64,000 nucleotides of DNA from Macrostomum lignano. Its lineage: Eukaryota. The notes beneath the pieces are model-generated. The model was not told where the DNA came from and did no database searches. It was given only the letters and a program-made list of their open reading frames with translations. Both the position numbers and the translations under genes were made by a program. Location of the stretch: positions 93,850 through 157,849 of the forward strand of contig NIVC01002602.1 of assembly GCA_002269645.1 (NCBI GenBank), in the 5' to 3' direction. Below, in pieces: positions 38,985-51,715 of this stretch; position 1 is the stretch's first letter; each line of letters starts with the position of its first letter.

Positions 38985-39515
38985 ATCTATAGCGCCATAG
39001 CAACGGATATCATTTGCCCCATAGCAACGGATATCATTAGCTCGATAGCAACGGATATCATTAGCGCCATAGCAACGGATATCATTTGCCCCATATCAAC
39101 GGATATCATTAGCTCGATAGCAACGGATTTCATTAGCTCCATAGCAACGGATATCATTAGCTCGATAGCAACGGATATCATTAGCTCCATAGAAACGAGT
39201 ATCATTAGCTCCATAGCAACGGGTATCATTAGCTCGATAGCAACGGATATCATTAGCTCCATAGAAACGAGTATCATTAGCTCTATAGCAACTGGTATCA
39301 TTTGCCCCATAGCAACGGATATCATTAGCTCGATAGCAACAGATATCATTAGCTCGATAGCAATGGATATCAATAGCACCATAGCAACGGGTATTATTAG
39401 CTCCATAGAAACGAGTATCATTAGCTCTATAACAACGGGTATCATTAGCTTCATAGCAACAGGTTTATTAGCTCCATAGCAACAGGTTTATTAGCCCCAT
39501 AGCAACGGGTATCAT
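38985..39515. repeat. 24-bp minisatellite in HEMK1-B intron 1
   Basis: Paralogue of 29063-29330. Confidence 0.93.
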
Positions 39516-41510
39516 GGCTTAGCTTCATTTCCTAGAATTCCAGTAAAAGTGCACCTCTCACCGTTCGCTGGCCTATGCAGTGAGCCAACAGGTACTTGGC
39601 GCTCGCTCCGGGATCGGGCACGCCGACCTTGGAAAATAGGCGATGCAGACGACTGCGTAGCTTGGATACACGTGTTGCCATAGCAACTGTTAATGCCGGC
39701 ACCTGCGACTGAAGGCCAGGCTGGAACAAGGAACAGGCTGGGTCAAGTAGTTAAACACGAAACGTGGAGTTAAACAATCGATTAAGCTGCACAGTAAGCT
39801 TTTTTAACCAGAATCACCTTAGCAACGATATCAGTATCCGCATAGCAGCTGGAGATTTTAGGCTTAGCAACGGTTGCATCCGCATAGCAACTAGTGTTTT
39901 AAAGCTTAGCAACGGTTGTATCCGCATAGCAACTGGATTCTTTAAGCTCAGCAATGGTTGCATCCGCATAGCAATTGGATTTTTTTTAGCTTAGCAACGG
40001 TCGCATCCGCATAGCAACTGGATTTTTTAAAGCATAGCAACGGCTGTATCCGCATAGCAACCGAGATGTAACTCTAGTAGCAGTAAAGCAACTAGTTGTA
40101 AAAGTTTGCTACTATCATGGACAAACAAATACTAGGAGGTACACTCGGCCCTAAGCAAACTCGAAATTATATTCCCAAAATACACAAGAATACATCTGCA
40201 TTCGCCACTGCAGCCGCAGGACATCAAATGTGGCTCAAGTTAGTTAAGACGAAAGCAGGGCTATTGATAGACACAGCGGCAACAGCAAGAAGCCATACAC
40301 CGAGCACCGAAGCCATAAAAATGTCGTCTTATCCGGAAACTATGAGCCGGCAATATTAATTACTAATATTACTATTATATAGCCTGCTCATTGTTGCTCA
40401 AAGTCGCATACTGAACTAATGCCGTTGAGCTGACGTGTAACAGGCAAAATTAAGAAATGTTATTCTTTTCAATCGTGTACGACTGTAGTTTGCAATCAGT
40501 AAGATGACAGTTTTTGTAACAAGAGTTTATAATTATCACCTTTATCCGGTTGAGCAAACTTTTGCTCATCTTAGCCATTGACTCCGTTTATCAATAAGCT
40601 CAAAGTTGTCAATAGGTTGGCTTAATGCCAAAACAAGACAAGCTTTTAATAAGATTGATACATGGCTGAATGTTAATAATGCTTATTAGTTTTTTTGCTA
40701 ATTTTTCAAGTATCTAAAAGTGGGAATTAAGTCAGGAGGAGCCACACAAAGCCTGGTTCGATTCCCTGAGCAGCCTGATCAGGGAGCTGTCGAGAGATCA
40801 CAGCCATGAAGGCCAGCCCCCTAAGGCTCAGAGAGTGCACATTCCTGACGATTGGAAAGTCAATGGAGACGCTGTACACCCTATAGGAGCGTGTGTTTGA
40901 GTATTGGCGCGCTTGTATATGTTCAGGAGTCAGCGGAATTGGTCAAGGAAAATTCCCTAGAGAAGTTCTGTAGCTCAAGTTAGTTAAGACAACATTAGGC
41001 TACTGTTTAGAAGCCCAAAAAAATCATCTTATCCGGAAACTTTGAGCAGCAAGTAGAAATATTTTAGCCTGCCGATATGTTGCTAAAAAAACATTTTTTG
41101 TAGTTGCTTTAGCTGACGTGTTGACAGGCAAATAATAATAATTGATTACACCTGCCCCAATTAGCTATTGCGCGGCGCATCTGAAAGCTGCGTACGGCTG
41201 TTCAGTCCGAGGACTGGGGGGGAGGTCCCCACACACACCCTCAATTACCCCAGCTAATGCTGGTACTAGAATATGTGGGCTCGTCTGAGGGACTCCGAAG
41301 CTAAATATTATTACCATGTGATTCAACTGTGTGAAAAAGTAAGACAATTTGGAACTGTAAACAATCAATGAGGAGTGATTTTTATTAGCTAAAAGGAATA
41401 AAAACTACTGAACTAGTGCTTTTTTTCAATGAAGCAAAACTTTAAATTTTACATTCTGTTCGTGACTTCTACGACAGTGCATATTTTTGTTATTGTACAT
41501 ACGGGTTGGG

Positions 41511-41888
41511 AATGTCAGGAAGTGTCAATATAGGGTGTCGGGAAGTGTCAATATAGGGTGTCAGGATGTGTCAATATAGGGTGTCAGGATTCGTCAATAT
41601 AGGGTGTCAGGATTCGTCAATATAGGGTGTCAGCAAGTGTCAATATAGGGTGTCAGGATTCGTCAATATAGGGTGTCAGGAAGTGTCAATATAGGGTGTC
41701 AGGAAGTGTCAATATAGCGAGTCAGGAAGTGTCAATATAGAGTGTCAGAAAGTGTCAATATAGGGTGTCAGGAAGTGTCAATATAGGGTGTCAGGAAGTG
41801 TCAATATAGGGTGTCAGGAAGTGTCAATATAGGGTGTCAGGAAGTGTCAATATAGGGTGTCAGGAAGTGTCAATATAGGGTGTCAGGA
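41511..41888. repeat. 23-bp minisatellite AGGGTGTCAGGAAGTGTCAATAT
   Basis: Paralogue of 31358-31730. Confidence 0.95.
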
Positions 41889-44744
41889 TGCCAGACGCGC
41901 ACTCATACACGTACACGCTCATCCAGGGTGTACAACGGCCCAGACTTTCTAATCGTCAGACATGTACACTCTGTGCCTTGGGGGTTGGCCCTCGTGCATG
42001 TAAATCGCGCGAAAATCCCCCGATTCAAACCAGGGGTTGCAGCGCGAGTATTAGAAGACACGCGTTTACCGCGTTGAACTTTTTTGACCTGGGCAGATTT
42101 ATAAGCAAATAATACTACTTAGTATAGTATTATACACGTTAGTTAGTTTACTTTGTTAGTATATATGAATTTAAGACTAGCAACTATTCACTATCTGACA
42201 ATCTATTTAAGTGAAATCAAAAGTCAATTAAAACGACAAAATAAGCACCATTTTTAAAAAAATATATATATACAATGATTACGAGGGGCGTCTAAAATGC
42301 AGATACTTTTCTCTATTTGATTTATAATTCAACAAGTTTGAAGTCAAAAGAAAAGCTGAAATTTTTCACTTTCCAATTCTTTGGACACCATTCTCAAGTA
42401 CCTGGCAAAGCAGGTTGATTACAAAAATAAATAGTTACTACCTACAAGTCGTAGATACAACTTGATATGATTGGTTTACAATCGCACAATGAGTGCAATG
42501 GTACTCATCCAGTGCCGCATTGACTCCACTATAGGAATTGTACTTCAACGTGATGAAAAACAAATGAGACCAATCCTAATAGCACGTGTAGGTCAAGTTA
42601 GTTAAGGCGACGTTGCACTAGTTGAGAAAGCCATAAAAATGTCGTCTTATCCGGAAACTATGAGCCGGCAATATTAATTACTAATATTACTATTATATAG
42701 CCTGCTCATTGTTGCTCAAAGTCGCATACTGAACTAATGCCGTTGAGCTGACGTGTAACAGGCAAAATTAAGAAATGTTATTCTTTTCAATCGTGTACGA
42801 CTGTAGTTTGCAATCAGTAAGATGACAGTTTTTGTAACAAGAGTTTATAATTATCACCTTTATCCGGTTGAGCAAACTTTTGCTCATCTTAGCCATTGAC
42901 TCCGTTTATCAATAAGCTCAAAGTTGTCAATAGGTTGGCTTAATGCCAAAACAAGACAAGCTTTTAATAAGATTGATACATGGCTGAATGTTAATAAAGC
43001 TTATTAGTTTTTTTGCTAATTTTTCAAGTTTCTAAAGGTGGGAATTAAGTCAGGAGGAGCCACACAAAGCCTGGTTCGATTCCCTGAGCAGCCTGATCAG
43101 GGAGCTGTCGTGAGATCACAGCCATGAAGGCCAGCCCCCTAAGGCTCAGAGAGTGCACATGTCTGACGATTGGACAGTCAATGGAGACGCTGTACACCCT
43201 ATATGAGCGTGTGTTTGAGTATTGGCGCGCTTGTGTATGTTCAGGAGTCAGCGGAATTGGTCAAGGAAAATTCCCTAGAGAAGTTCTGTAGCTCAAGTTA
43301 GTTAAGACAACATTAGGCTACTGTTTAGAAGCCCAAAAAAATCATCTTATCCGGAAACTTTGAGCAGCAAGTAGAAATATTTTAGCCTGCCGATATGTTG
43401 CTAAAAAAACATTTTTTGTAGTTGCTTTAGCTGACGTGTTGACAGGCAAATAATAATAATTGATTACACCTGCCCCAATTAGGCCAGATGTGCAACCGAC
43501 AGCTCAGCTGAAGCTATTGCGCGGCGCATCTGAAGGCTGCTTACGGCTGTTCAGTCCGAGGACTGGGGGGTCGCCACACACAAGACGCGTTTACCGTTAA
43601 ACTTTTTTGACCTGGGCAAATTCATAAGCAAATAATACTACTTATACTTAAGCGTCTGTTTTGAGTTTTCTATAAAAATTTGTGGAAGTAAAAATAGGAT
43701 TTTTTATTTTGTTCCAAAGCTTTGTCTATGGAGAAAGTAGTGCTTTACCGAAAATCCCCGACATTAAATGGTAAGTGTCGCTCAAATGAGTTTAGGTAAC
43801 GAGAAAGCAAATAGAGTGAGAACAATGCCACATAAGTTGCCCTATCCGGAAACTATGAGCGCTTATTTAAAAACAAATAATTATTACTGTAGCCTGTTTG
43901 ATTGTTGCGATAGCAACTAATTAATTAATCAAATATTTAAAGTCACTTTGCTGACGTGTAACAGGCATGGGTTGTTTTTTTACCTCAGTTCCTATCTGAC
44001 TATCAATTAATAAGTGAAATCAAAAGTCAATTAAAACGACAAAATAAGCACCATTTTCAAATATAAAAAATATACAATGATGACGATGGGTGTCTAAAAT
44101 GCAGTGATACGATATTGCCCATTTGATTTTTAATTGAACAAGTTTGAAGTCAAAATATGAGATGAGATTTTTCACTTTCCAATGACTTTAAACTTGTTAG
44201 CTTAAAAAATCTAATATGCAGAAAGTGTCACTTAATCTTAGACACCATTCGCAAAGTACCTGACAAAGCATGTTTATTACAAACATAAATAATACTACCT
44301 TGACACAACTAGACATGATTAGTTTACAGTTGCACAATTAAGTTAGAGCTATGTACAAAAACTAATTATTGTAAATACAGTTTACAAATTAAAAACAAAA
44401 ATATAATTGCAGTTTCGGACTTTTTCAGATCTAAAATGGAGAAATTGTAGACAGAAAATTGCTATTCACCTACTCATAGTAGGACAAACGACAAATACAG
44501 ACAACACTAACAAGATGCATAGAAAAATTACTATCGAAACACGAAACGAACAGCAGACTGCGTTGATAATAAAATTAATAATGACAAAATGAAAAAAACA
44601 GGCGTTCCAGCGTCAAATTCCCTACCAAATGGAGCCTGAAGTGCATAAAAACGATAATTAACTAAATACAAAATATATAAAAACTTCAGTTAGCACCATG
44701 ATGCAATAAATTAACTGCAAACCGTAAAAGAATAAAAATAACCC

Positions 44745-45092
44745 GGTATTTGAGCATCACTGAGCAGCAAACAACTCAGCATTTGAGCATCACACAGCAG
44801 CACACAACTCAGTATTTGAGCAGCACATTCAACTCAATATTTGAGCAGCACACAGCAGCACACAACTCAATATTTGAGCAACACATTCAACTCAATATTT
44901 GAGCAGCACATTCAACTCAGTATTTGAGCAGCACATTCAACTCAATATTTGAGCAACACATTCAACTCAGTATTTGAGCAACACATTCAACTCAATATTT
45001 AAACAGCACATTCAACTCAGTATTTGAGCAGCACACAACTCAATATTTGAGCAACACATTCAACTCAGTATTTGAGCAGCACATTCAACTCA
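44745..45092. repeat. 25-bp minisatellite directly after the SLBP stop codon
   Basis: Unit GCAGCACATTCAACTCAGTATTTGA. Confidence 0.92.
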
Positions 45093-46389
45093 GTGCTTGA
45101 GCTTCTTGGAGGGCGAGTCGGTGAGGGCGGAGGACCTCTTGCGGGTGAGTCTGGGACAGGCGGCTCCCACAGCGAGTCCCTGAACGTCGCTGGTCAAGCC
45201 GCTGTGCAGAGCGTCGGGCTGGACGCTGGAGGTGGCGGCAGGTGCAGCGGTGAGGGTCCGAGAGTCGCCGTCTTCATCGTCAGCCGGAAGCTTCGCAGGC
45301 GGTGGCGGCGGCGTGGACGATGGCGAGGACCGCGGCGAGATGCCAGCGCTGCTGCTGGCTGCGTCATCCCAGCGATGAAGCTGCAGCTTCCACTGCTTGA
45401 CGCAGCCGTCCCAGGCTCTGCGGGACATTCGCACGAACTTGTTCGGAGTTCGCGGGTCGCCCTTCTCCCGCAGAGGCTTCGGCACCGACTTCACGTAGTT
45501 CGCGTACGCCGTCAGGTTCTTCGACTTGTCGATGTCGCGCTGCCGACGCAGCAGAACCGCCTCATCGTCCTCCATCTCGAAGCAGCTGCCGTCTGAGGCG
45601 TTTGAGTTCAGCGATGAGTTCAAGTTGCCTCCCACGCTGCTGTTGAGGCTCTGCGACAGCCGCTTCTGCGCCTGCTTGGCCTCGTAGCGCTGCCTGTCGA
45701 GTCGCGTCGTCTCGAACAGCTCGTCCTGCTTGGCCCAGTCCGTGTACATGGGGATGCGCTCCTTCACCTGGGGATGGGGTGCGGCTGCTCAGTACCTGGG
45801 ATACCTGGGGATGGGGTGCGGCTGCTGAGTACCTGGGATACCTGGAAAGGGGTGCGCTCCTTTACCTGGGGATGGGTGCGGCTGCTCAGAACCTGGGATA
45901 CCTGGGATGGGGTGCGGCTGCTGAGTACCTGGGATACCTGGGAATGGGGTGCGGCTGCTGAGTACCTGGGATACCTGGAATGGGGTGCGCTCTTTCACCT
46001 GGGGATGGGTGCGGCTGCTCAGAACCTGTGATACCTGGGATGGGTGCGGCTGCTCAGAACCTGTGATACCTGGGATGGGTGCGGCTGCTCAGTACCTGGG
46101 ATAGGGTGCGGCTGCTCAGTACCTGGGATACCTGGGATGCTCCCAATACCCCAGCAAGCGCACGCACCTGCCGCAGCTCAATGCTTGGATCATATCGCAG
46201 TTGTCTCGGCACCCCGCCAGCCAGGCTGTTCCGCCCACCAGCAAAGCCGTGGCGCCGACCGCCCCTGCCAGCCGGTGAGGAGCTGGCGGCAGCGGAGGCT
46301 GGCAGCGATGGTCGCGAGATTCGACTCCGGGACCTGCTGGTGTCCCTGCGGCGCTGTGGCGAGGCCGCCTTCCTGTGACGGGTCTCCAT
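45090..46389 (-). CDS. SLBP: Histone RNA stem-loop binding protein (299 aa)
   Basis: Exons 46389-46168 and 45767-45090 (CAG|GTGCGT ... CCCCAG|GTG, phase 0). RNA-binding domain EDDEAVLLRRQRDIDKSKNLTAYANYVKSVP...PRTPNKF..MSRRAWDGCVKQWKLQLHRWD with the TPNK motif; basic C-terminal tail. Confidence 0.9.
45770..46140. repeat. Approximately 36-bp composite minisatellite filling the SLBP intron
   Basis: Unit about GGGATGGGGTGCGGCTGCTCAGTACCTGGGATACCT, with embedded copies of the acceptor junction. Confidence 0.9.
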
Positions 46390-47324
46390 GGGGCTTTTGG
46401 GATTCTTGAGATTGACGTTGAGTTTACGGGATGGTTTGGGGCTCGAGTGCTGCAGAATGTCAGATTAATAGAGATTTACCCAATTAAAATATACATGCAA
46501 GGTTACATATACATTGGTGAGCTATTAATTAATGCCGCATATGCCATCTTGCTTTTGCCATTGTCCCATAATGCAATCTGGAGATTTAGCTTTAATAGTA
46601 AGTTTTATCAGAGCTTGGTTGCGACTATGGAAGGCCCTCCTATTCTTGATTATAATTTTTTTCACAACTTAAATTTGTGCACAAACTCATATAAAAACAC
46701 TTTATAAAAAGCATGGATATAGTTTTTAAAAGGTAATTTGTGCATATGTATTTAATTTTATTAAAACTAAGTTAATAACTTGGTGAACCAATGTACTGTA
46801 GTAGTAGCAAAAAGATTCTGTCAAATTTAGAATTTTGCATGTGCAGTTTAATAAAAATATATATATATAATAACATACTTTTGAATTTATTACACTCAAA
46901 CCAGTTTTTTTTTTCATTTGGTATTTTATAGTTTCTTCTAATTACTAATAATAACTATGATGTTGTGCTCTGAGTTGTTCAATACCATGTCCATAGGCCT
47001 GAGCAAAGAATTTGTCCAAAGATCCATAGAGTTTTCATTTTATAGTTAGAAAAATTTGCAATTTCCCCATATAAGTTTTGACACTGACTTGCTAGTATTA
47101 TAGAGTTCAATTACAACATACATACATACAAGTACCATGTCAGTTTTAATACGCTCATATTAAGATAAATTGAGAGATTTGCATCACTGCTAATCAACAC
47201 AACAAAAGGATAGTCAATAGAGCGATTAAGCGCAAATTTAATAGTCCTAATATAAGTACACTAAGTTTCTTGTTGAATTGGACAAGCAAAATTGTCTCTA
47301 GTAAACTACAACTTTGTGGGTTTT

Positions 47325-47450
47325 GCTAGCAAACTTCGGCTAGCAAACTTTGGCCAGCAAACTTGTAAACTTTGGCCAGCAAACTTTGGCTAGCAAACTT
47401 TGGCCAGCAAACTTGCAAACTTTGGCCAGCAAACTTTGGCCAGCAAACTG
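47325..47450. repeat. 14-bp minisatellite GCAAACTTTGGCCA
   Basis: Short tandem array. Confidence 0.85.
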
Positions 47451-50074
47451 CGACTCTATCTGCTCGAATGCAGCTCTATCTTGTACTTGTGCATCTATCA
47501 TGCGCCAACACTGAAGTGGCATGGTGCAGATCTATTTTGTGCATGTATCATCATCATGTGCTACCACTGCGCAGCAGCAGCGCGCGCAGGTCTATTTTAT
47601 ACATGTATTATATGTTACCACTGCAGTGCGCAAAGCTACATTTTGCGACATAGACAACACCTGTGATGCGCACATAATCTATAGGTGTGCACGCAAGAAA
47701 ATCTATTGGCGCAAGATTTTCAAATTTTCACATGTGCACAAGACGCCATCCATGTATACCCCTATTTGCTACAATAGGGCCCAGGATAGAATTCTTGCTC
47801 GGGGATAGGAAAACATGTGCACACTTTTTTGGAGCAGCGTGCAAGCGTGCATGCCAGCTATAAAAATAAGTCATAATGTGGAGCATGACCCATGCGCAAA
47901 AAATGAAATTTCATTTTTTCAAGTTTTTGAATTCTATACCAACGTAAATTAAAAAATTATACTTCAAGTGTAAATTAGCTTGAACATAGTATTTTTTAGA
48001 AAAAATATTCTTTAAAAATTATAAGAGTTTTACTAAACTTTAAAGTAACTGTTTTTGCTAAAAACTGTTATTCTTTGTTTTACTTTTATTTTGAAATTTT
48101 CTGGCATAAAAACAACCTTCTGGACTATGAAAAGTAGGAAAACTTGAGTGCGCATATGCCACATGGCACATAACCATGTTGAATGCATTTAAAAGTCAAA
48201 TCCTGTCTGTGATTCTGTGGCAAACAGCTTCTTGCGCAAGCCCATATGATAGAGTGCGCACACATTTCTTTAAGAGCGTACAAGTAGGCTCCTTTTCAGT
48301 GCGCAAGTGCACAAAAATTTTACAAGCATCCTCGTTGCCAGGGCCGGCTAGCCAACTTTTGGAAGAGGAATGGTGGATGGTTGCTGCTTGGGCATACGCT
48401 GCCTGGCCAAACTCGGAACTGGAAGGCCAGTATAGCGGCAGGCCCTTGCTGCCACCCTGGACAATGCCCTGTACTGGCACCGCTGCCACCCTGGACAATG
48501 CCCTGTACTGGCACTGCTGCCACATTGACGCCAACTGGCAGTTGATGATTGGTGCCCTACCCCAGCCAACCGCCGCCCACCTCATCCTGTCATCCAGGAG
48601 GCCTGTGCGGAGGCCCTGCAGTGGCTCTGGCGACTTGGTGGCCCACAACCGGCTTTAGCCACCTTGTTTTTCTGGGCATACTGGGAGGCTGGGCTATTGC
48701 GACAGGGTCGCCCAGGCGAGCTCCAGCAACTTGCATGGTAAGCTGAGCACCAGACAAGCTGCCATGCCAGCCACCACCCCGACCTCGCAGCTGGCCACCA
48801 AGCGACGCCGCGGCCCGCCCAGTTCACAGTGATGGCCCTGACATGGGACTTTTGTAGTGCCTGCTGGGGGATATGGAAGCCGTGGCCTCCCACTGCTGCT
48901 CCTACTGAATGAAAGTTTGTTTTCACCGAGTGGATTTGCTCACTCAGTGAATTGCGCATTTTTATGACGTCATTCCCTGTGAGGAATCCGCTTTTTGCCT
49001 AATGTATTTTTCCTTCCCACCTCCTGTAATGTTTTGTTTTATTGTTTTCCCTAGGGTCCACCCTATGTTTAGTTGTCACTACCCATTGTACCTTCCTCTC
49101 TCCCCACCTAGTATCTCTCCTGTCCCACCCAAGCCCTAGGGTAACCACCCTTTTTCTCCCAGTGGCTCATGAGAGCACATTTAAGAGTCTGCGCCTTTCC
49201 TTTCTAGCCAGACTCTTGACTGGAACCCCCTTCTCATCTGAATTCACCCGTCCCAAACTCCAAGCTCCAGATATGCCTATTTGAGGGGACCCTACCTATA
49301 AGCCCAGCATCCCGACCCAACCAGCTCCTCACCTTGCCCATCAGTTTAACGATTAAGATTAAAGTTAGTCAATTGCTACTGTACATGAAACTATTGTTTT
49401 AATAACCGTCAATAATAAGATCCAGCTCAACTGGCCACTTAGTTACTCCGGCCCAGTTAATATTTGTGTGTGAAAAATGTCTTAGCCTTTGTGACCTTGG
49501 AAGCATTTATTTGACCCTTAGAGGTCTACTGAGAAGCGCTAGAGCAAACTCAAGCTAGTTTCAAGCTTTAGAGCTTTTCCTGCACACAATCGCGATGGTG
49601 GCAGAAACCTACTACTATTAGTAAGACTCTCAACAAATCTAGCTTATTTTGAAGTTCCCTTATTGGCTACAAATCTCTGCATTTGGCCTTTTGAATTTGA
49701 ATGTTGGCAAAACTTTAGACCACTCAGCCGCGACCACAGCTACCCTCCCCCTGAGCCTGAGGAACTTAGCAGCAGAGCTCCCCGTCTTCTGCAGGCCAAG
49801 GTTTTCATTTAAGTTTGTTTGAAATGTCAAAGTGCACCAATTTGAATGGCTGGGACGAACGAATTAAAACCCCACGGCCCCAAAAGTTTCTTTTAACCCC
49901 CCCCCCCTGACCTCAATTTATAACATTATTATTATGTACATTTAAACTGAAATAAAAAAATTAAAAATAAATTTTCTTTAAAATATGTCTAGAATAATGT
50001 CTAGACCCTAATAATGTCTAAAAAAATGCCTAAAATTAGAATTTCTTTTAGACTTTCTTAGAATTTCCTAGAAT

Positions 50075-51715
50075 TTGCTTGTTTTAGTTCTAGAACTAGA
50101 TCCAATTTGTAAAATATAACTTTTTGTCTCATAGACATAAACTAGACTAGACCTAGGCCTAAAGAGATTTATAAGTGATTTATAAACTAATTATAACTAT
50201 AAGTGCTATAAATTTGTAATTAGGCCTATTAAATGGCAATAGGGGCCTAGCCAAGAAGAAACTTAACTTTCTTCAAGAAAGTAAAAAAATTATGTTTAAT
50301 TGAGCCTTGAGGCTGTTAAGCAGTCAAAATTCAACAAAGTCAAATAAATAGGCCTAGTTATGCTGTTTTTTCTTAGAAAATTTGAACTGATTGTAGTAGT
50401 AGTAGGCCCTAGTAGGCCTAGTCTAGTAGTAGTATTAGTAGTAAGTTTGGCCTAGGCAAGAAGCTTGTTTGGCCAGTATACTTCAATGTATTTAATAAAA
50501 GATCAAGAGTAGAAGGAGAACCTTATGCATAAGTACGTACTAGTTTAGTTTTGCAATAATATGTAAAGAAAGGTTTGGTTTGGGTCTTGTTTGAATTTTC
50601 AAAATGCTGGGCTCATATGTGTACTGTGTACTAATAGTAGGATATAGAAACTAGGTGTGGTCGCCAATTATTTTCTTGGTTCTGGTTCTAGAATATGGTT
50701 CGAGAAATTTTCTCGAACTGTTGTCATGTTTACACTTTAACAGTAAAATATATTGGAAATCGTCAATTTTTTATTATTGTTATATAATTAGGCCTATTCC
50801 TTTTTTTGTCAAATCCAAGAGGAAACAAAGTCAAAAAATGAAAAGATTAAATTGTAAAGACTGTCAAACATAAAATGGGTTCGAAGCTCCTCATTTCACA
50901 CTGGTTCTGGTTCTAGAACTCGAATTTATTCTGGTTCTAGAACCGATTGCCGTGAAGAGGCTCCGAGTTGACCGTCGACGAACCGTCTTAGCGCGACGCT
51001 CTTTCCAATTTGAATATATTTCTTATAAACTAATTAATAACACAATAAGTTGATAACGTACGAATATACTACTACAATATTAGTACTGCAATGAAAAATA
51101 ATATAAATAAAATAAATATAAAATTAAGAAATTCTAAATAAAGTACAACATTCAAAATCGAGCTATAATTTCATTACAAATATAGTATTTGAAAGAGTGC
51201 CTAAATGTTATCTACGAAACTTTGAACGAGCTTTAACGACTAACGAAGCAAAAAGTAAGTAAGGAATTTAAAAAACAAGTATTGTATGAAGTTGATGTAT
51301 AGGAATTCGCTATTCAATTTATTCCATAAGTGATAAAAATAAGTCTATAGGTATCAATCAGAAAATAACAAATTTGTATTAAATATGGTATTTTTATGGA
51401 TTTTTTCGGTTTTTACGGACGAACTATATGGACTAACAACAGAACTAGGCCTTTCATATCACCGATTCCAGAACCATAATCGGTTCGGATCTTCTGAGAA
51501 AAAAGCAGTATAGGCCTAACGATTTAACTTTGATGAATGTTTTTTGACTGCCTTAACAGCCTCACGTTGCACTTTTTTAGTTTTCTTCATGGCTATTGCA
51601 AATTTTCAATAAATACAACTTTAAAGCACGTATATCCTTCCTTCTAGTTAAGGAGAGAAAAAGTTATACTTTACAAATTGGATCTGGTTCTAGAACCAGA
51701 ACAAGCAATATGAAA
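50075..51715. mobile_element. Old imperfect inverted-repeat (MITE/foldback) relic
   Basis: Nested reverse-complement pairs about 50075-50120/51665-51715 and 50309-50356/51511-51563; recurrent (G/T)TTCTAGAAC motif. Confidence 0.45.

Larger units (their letters stand above)
34973..39681 (-). pseudogene. HEMK1: Duplicated HEMK1 copy B, lacking the final exon, with substitutions at conserved residues
   Basis: Exons 39681-39562, 37658-37576, 37506-37413, 36923-36777, 35283-34973 are near-identical to copy A; homology stops in intron 5 at about 34723, so exon 6 is absent. GEWDF>GEWYF, PEVT>[12 protein letters not shown]>GGGIGGL. Confidence 0.75.
25705..43570. repeat. Approximately 9-kb head-to-tail segmental duplication (A about 25705-34722; B about 34723-43570) with nested 1.2-kb sub-duplications
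   Basis: Collinear HEMK1 exons, introns, satellites and upstream blocks; identical ORFs at 29930/40117 and 31723/41880; the block starting CATAAAAATGTCGTCTTATCCGG recurs at about 30128, 32475, 40314 and 42632. Confidence 0.92.
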
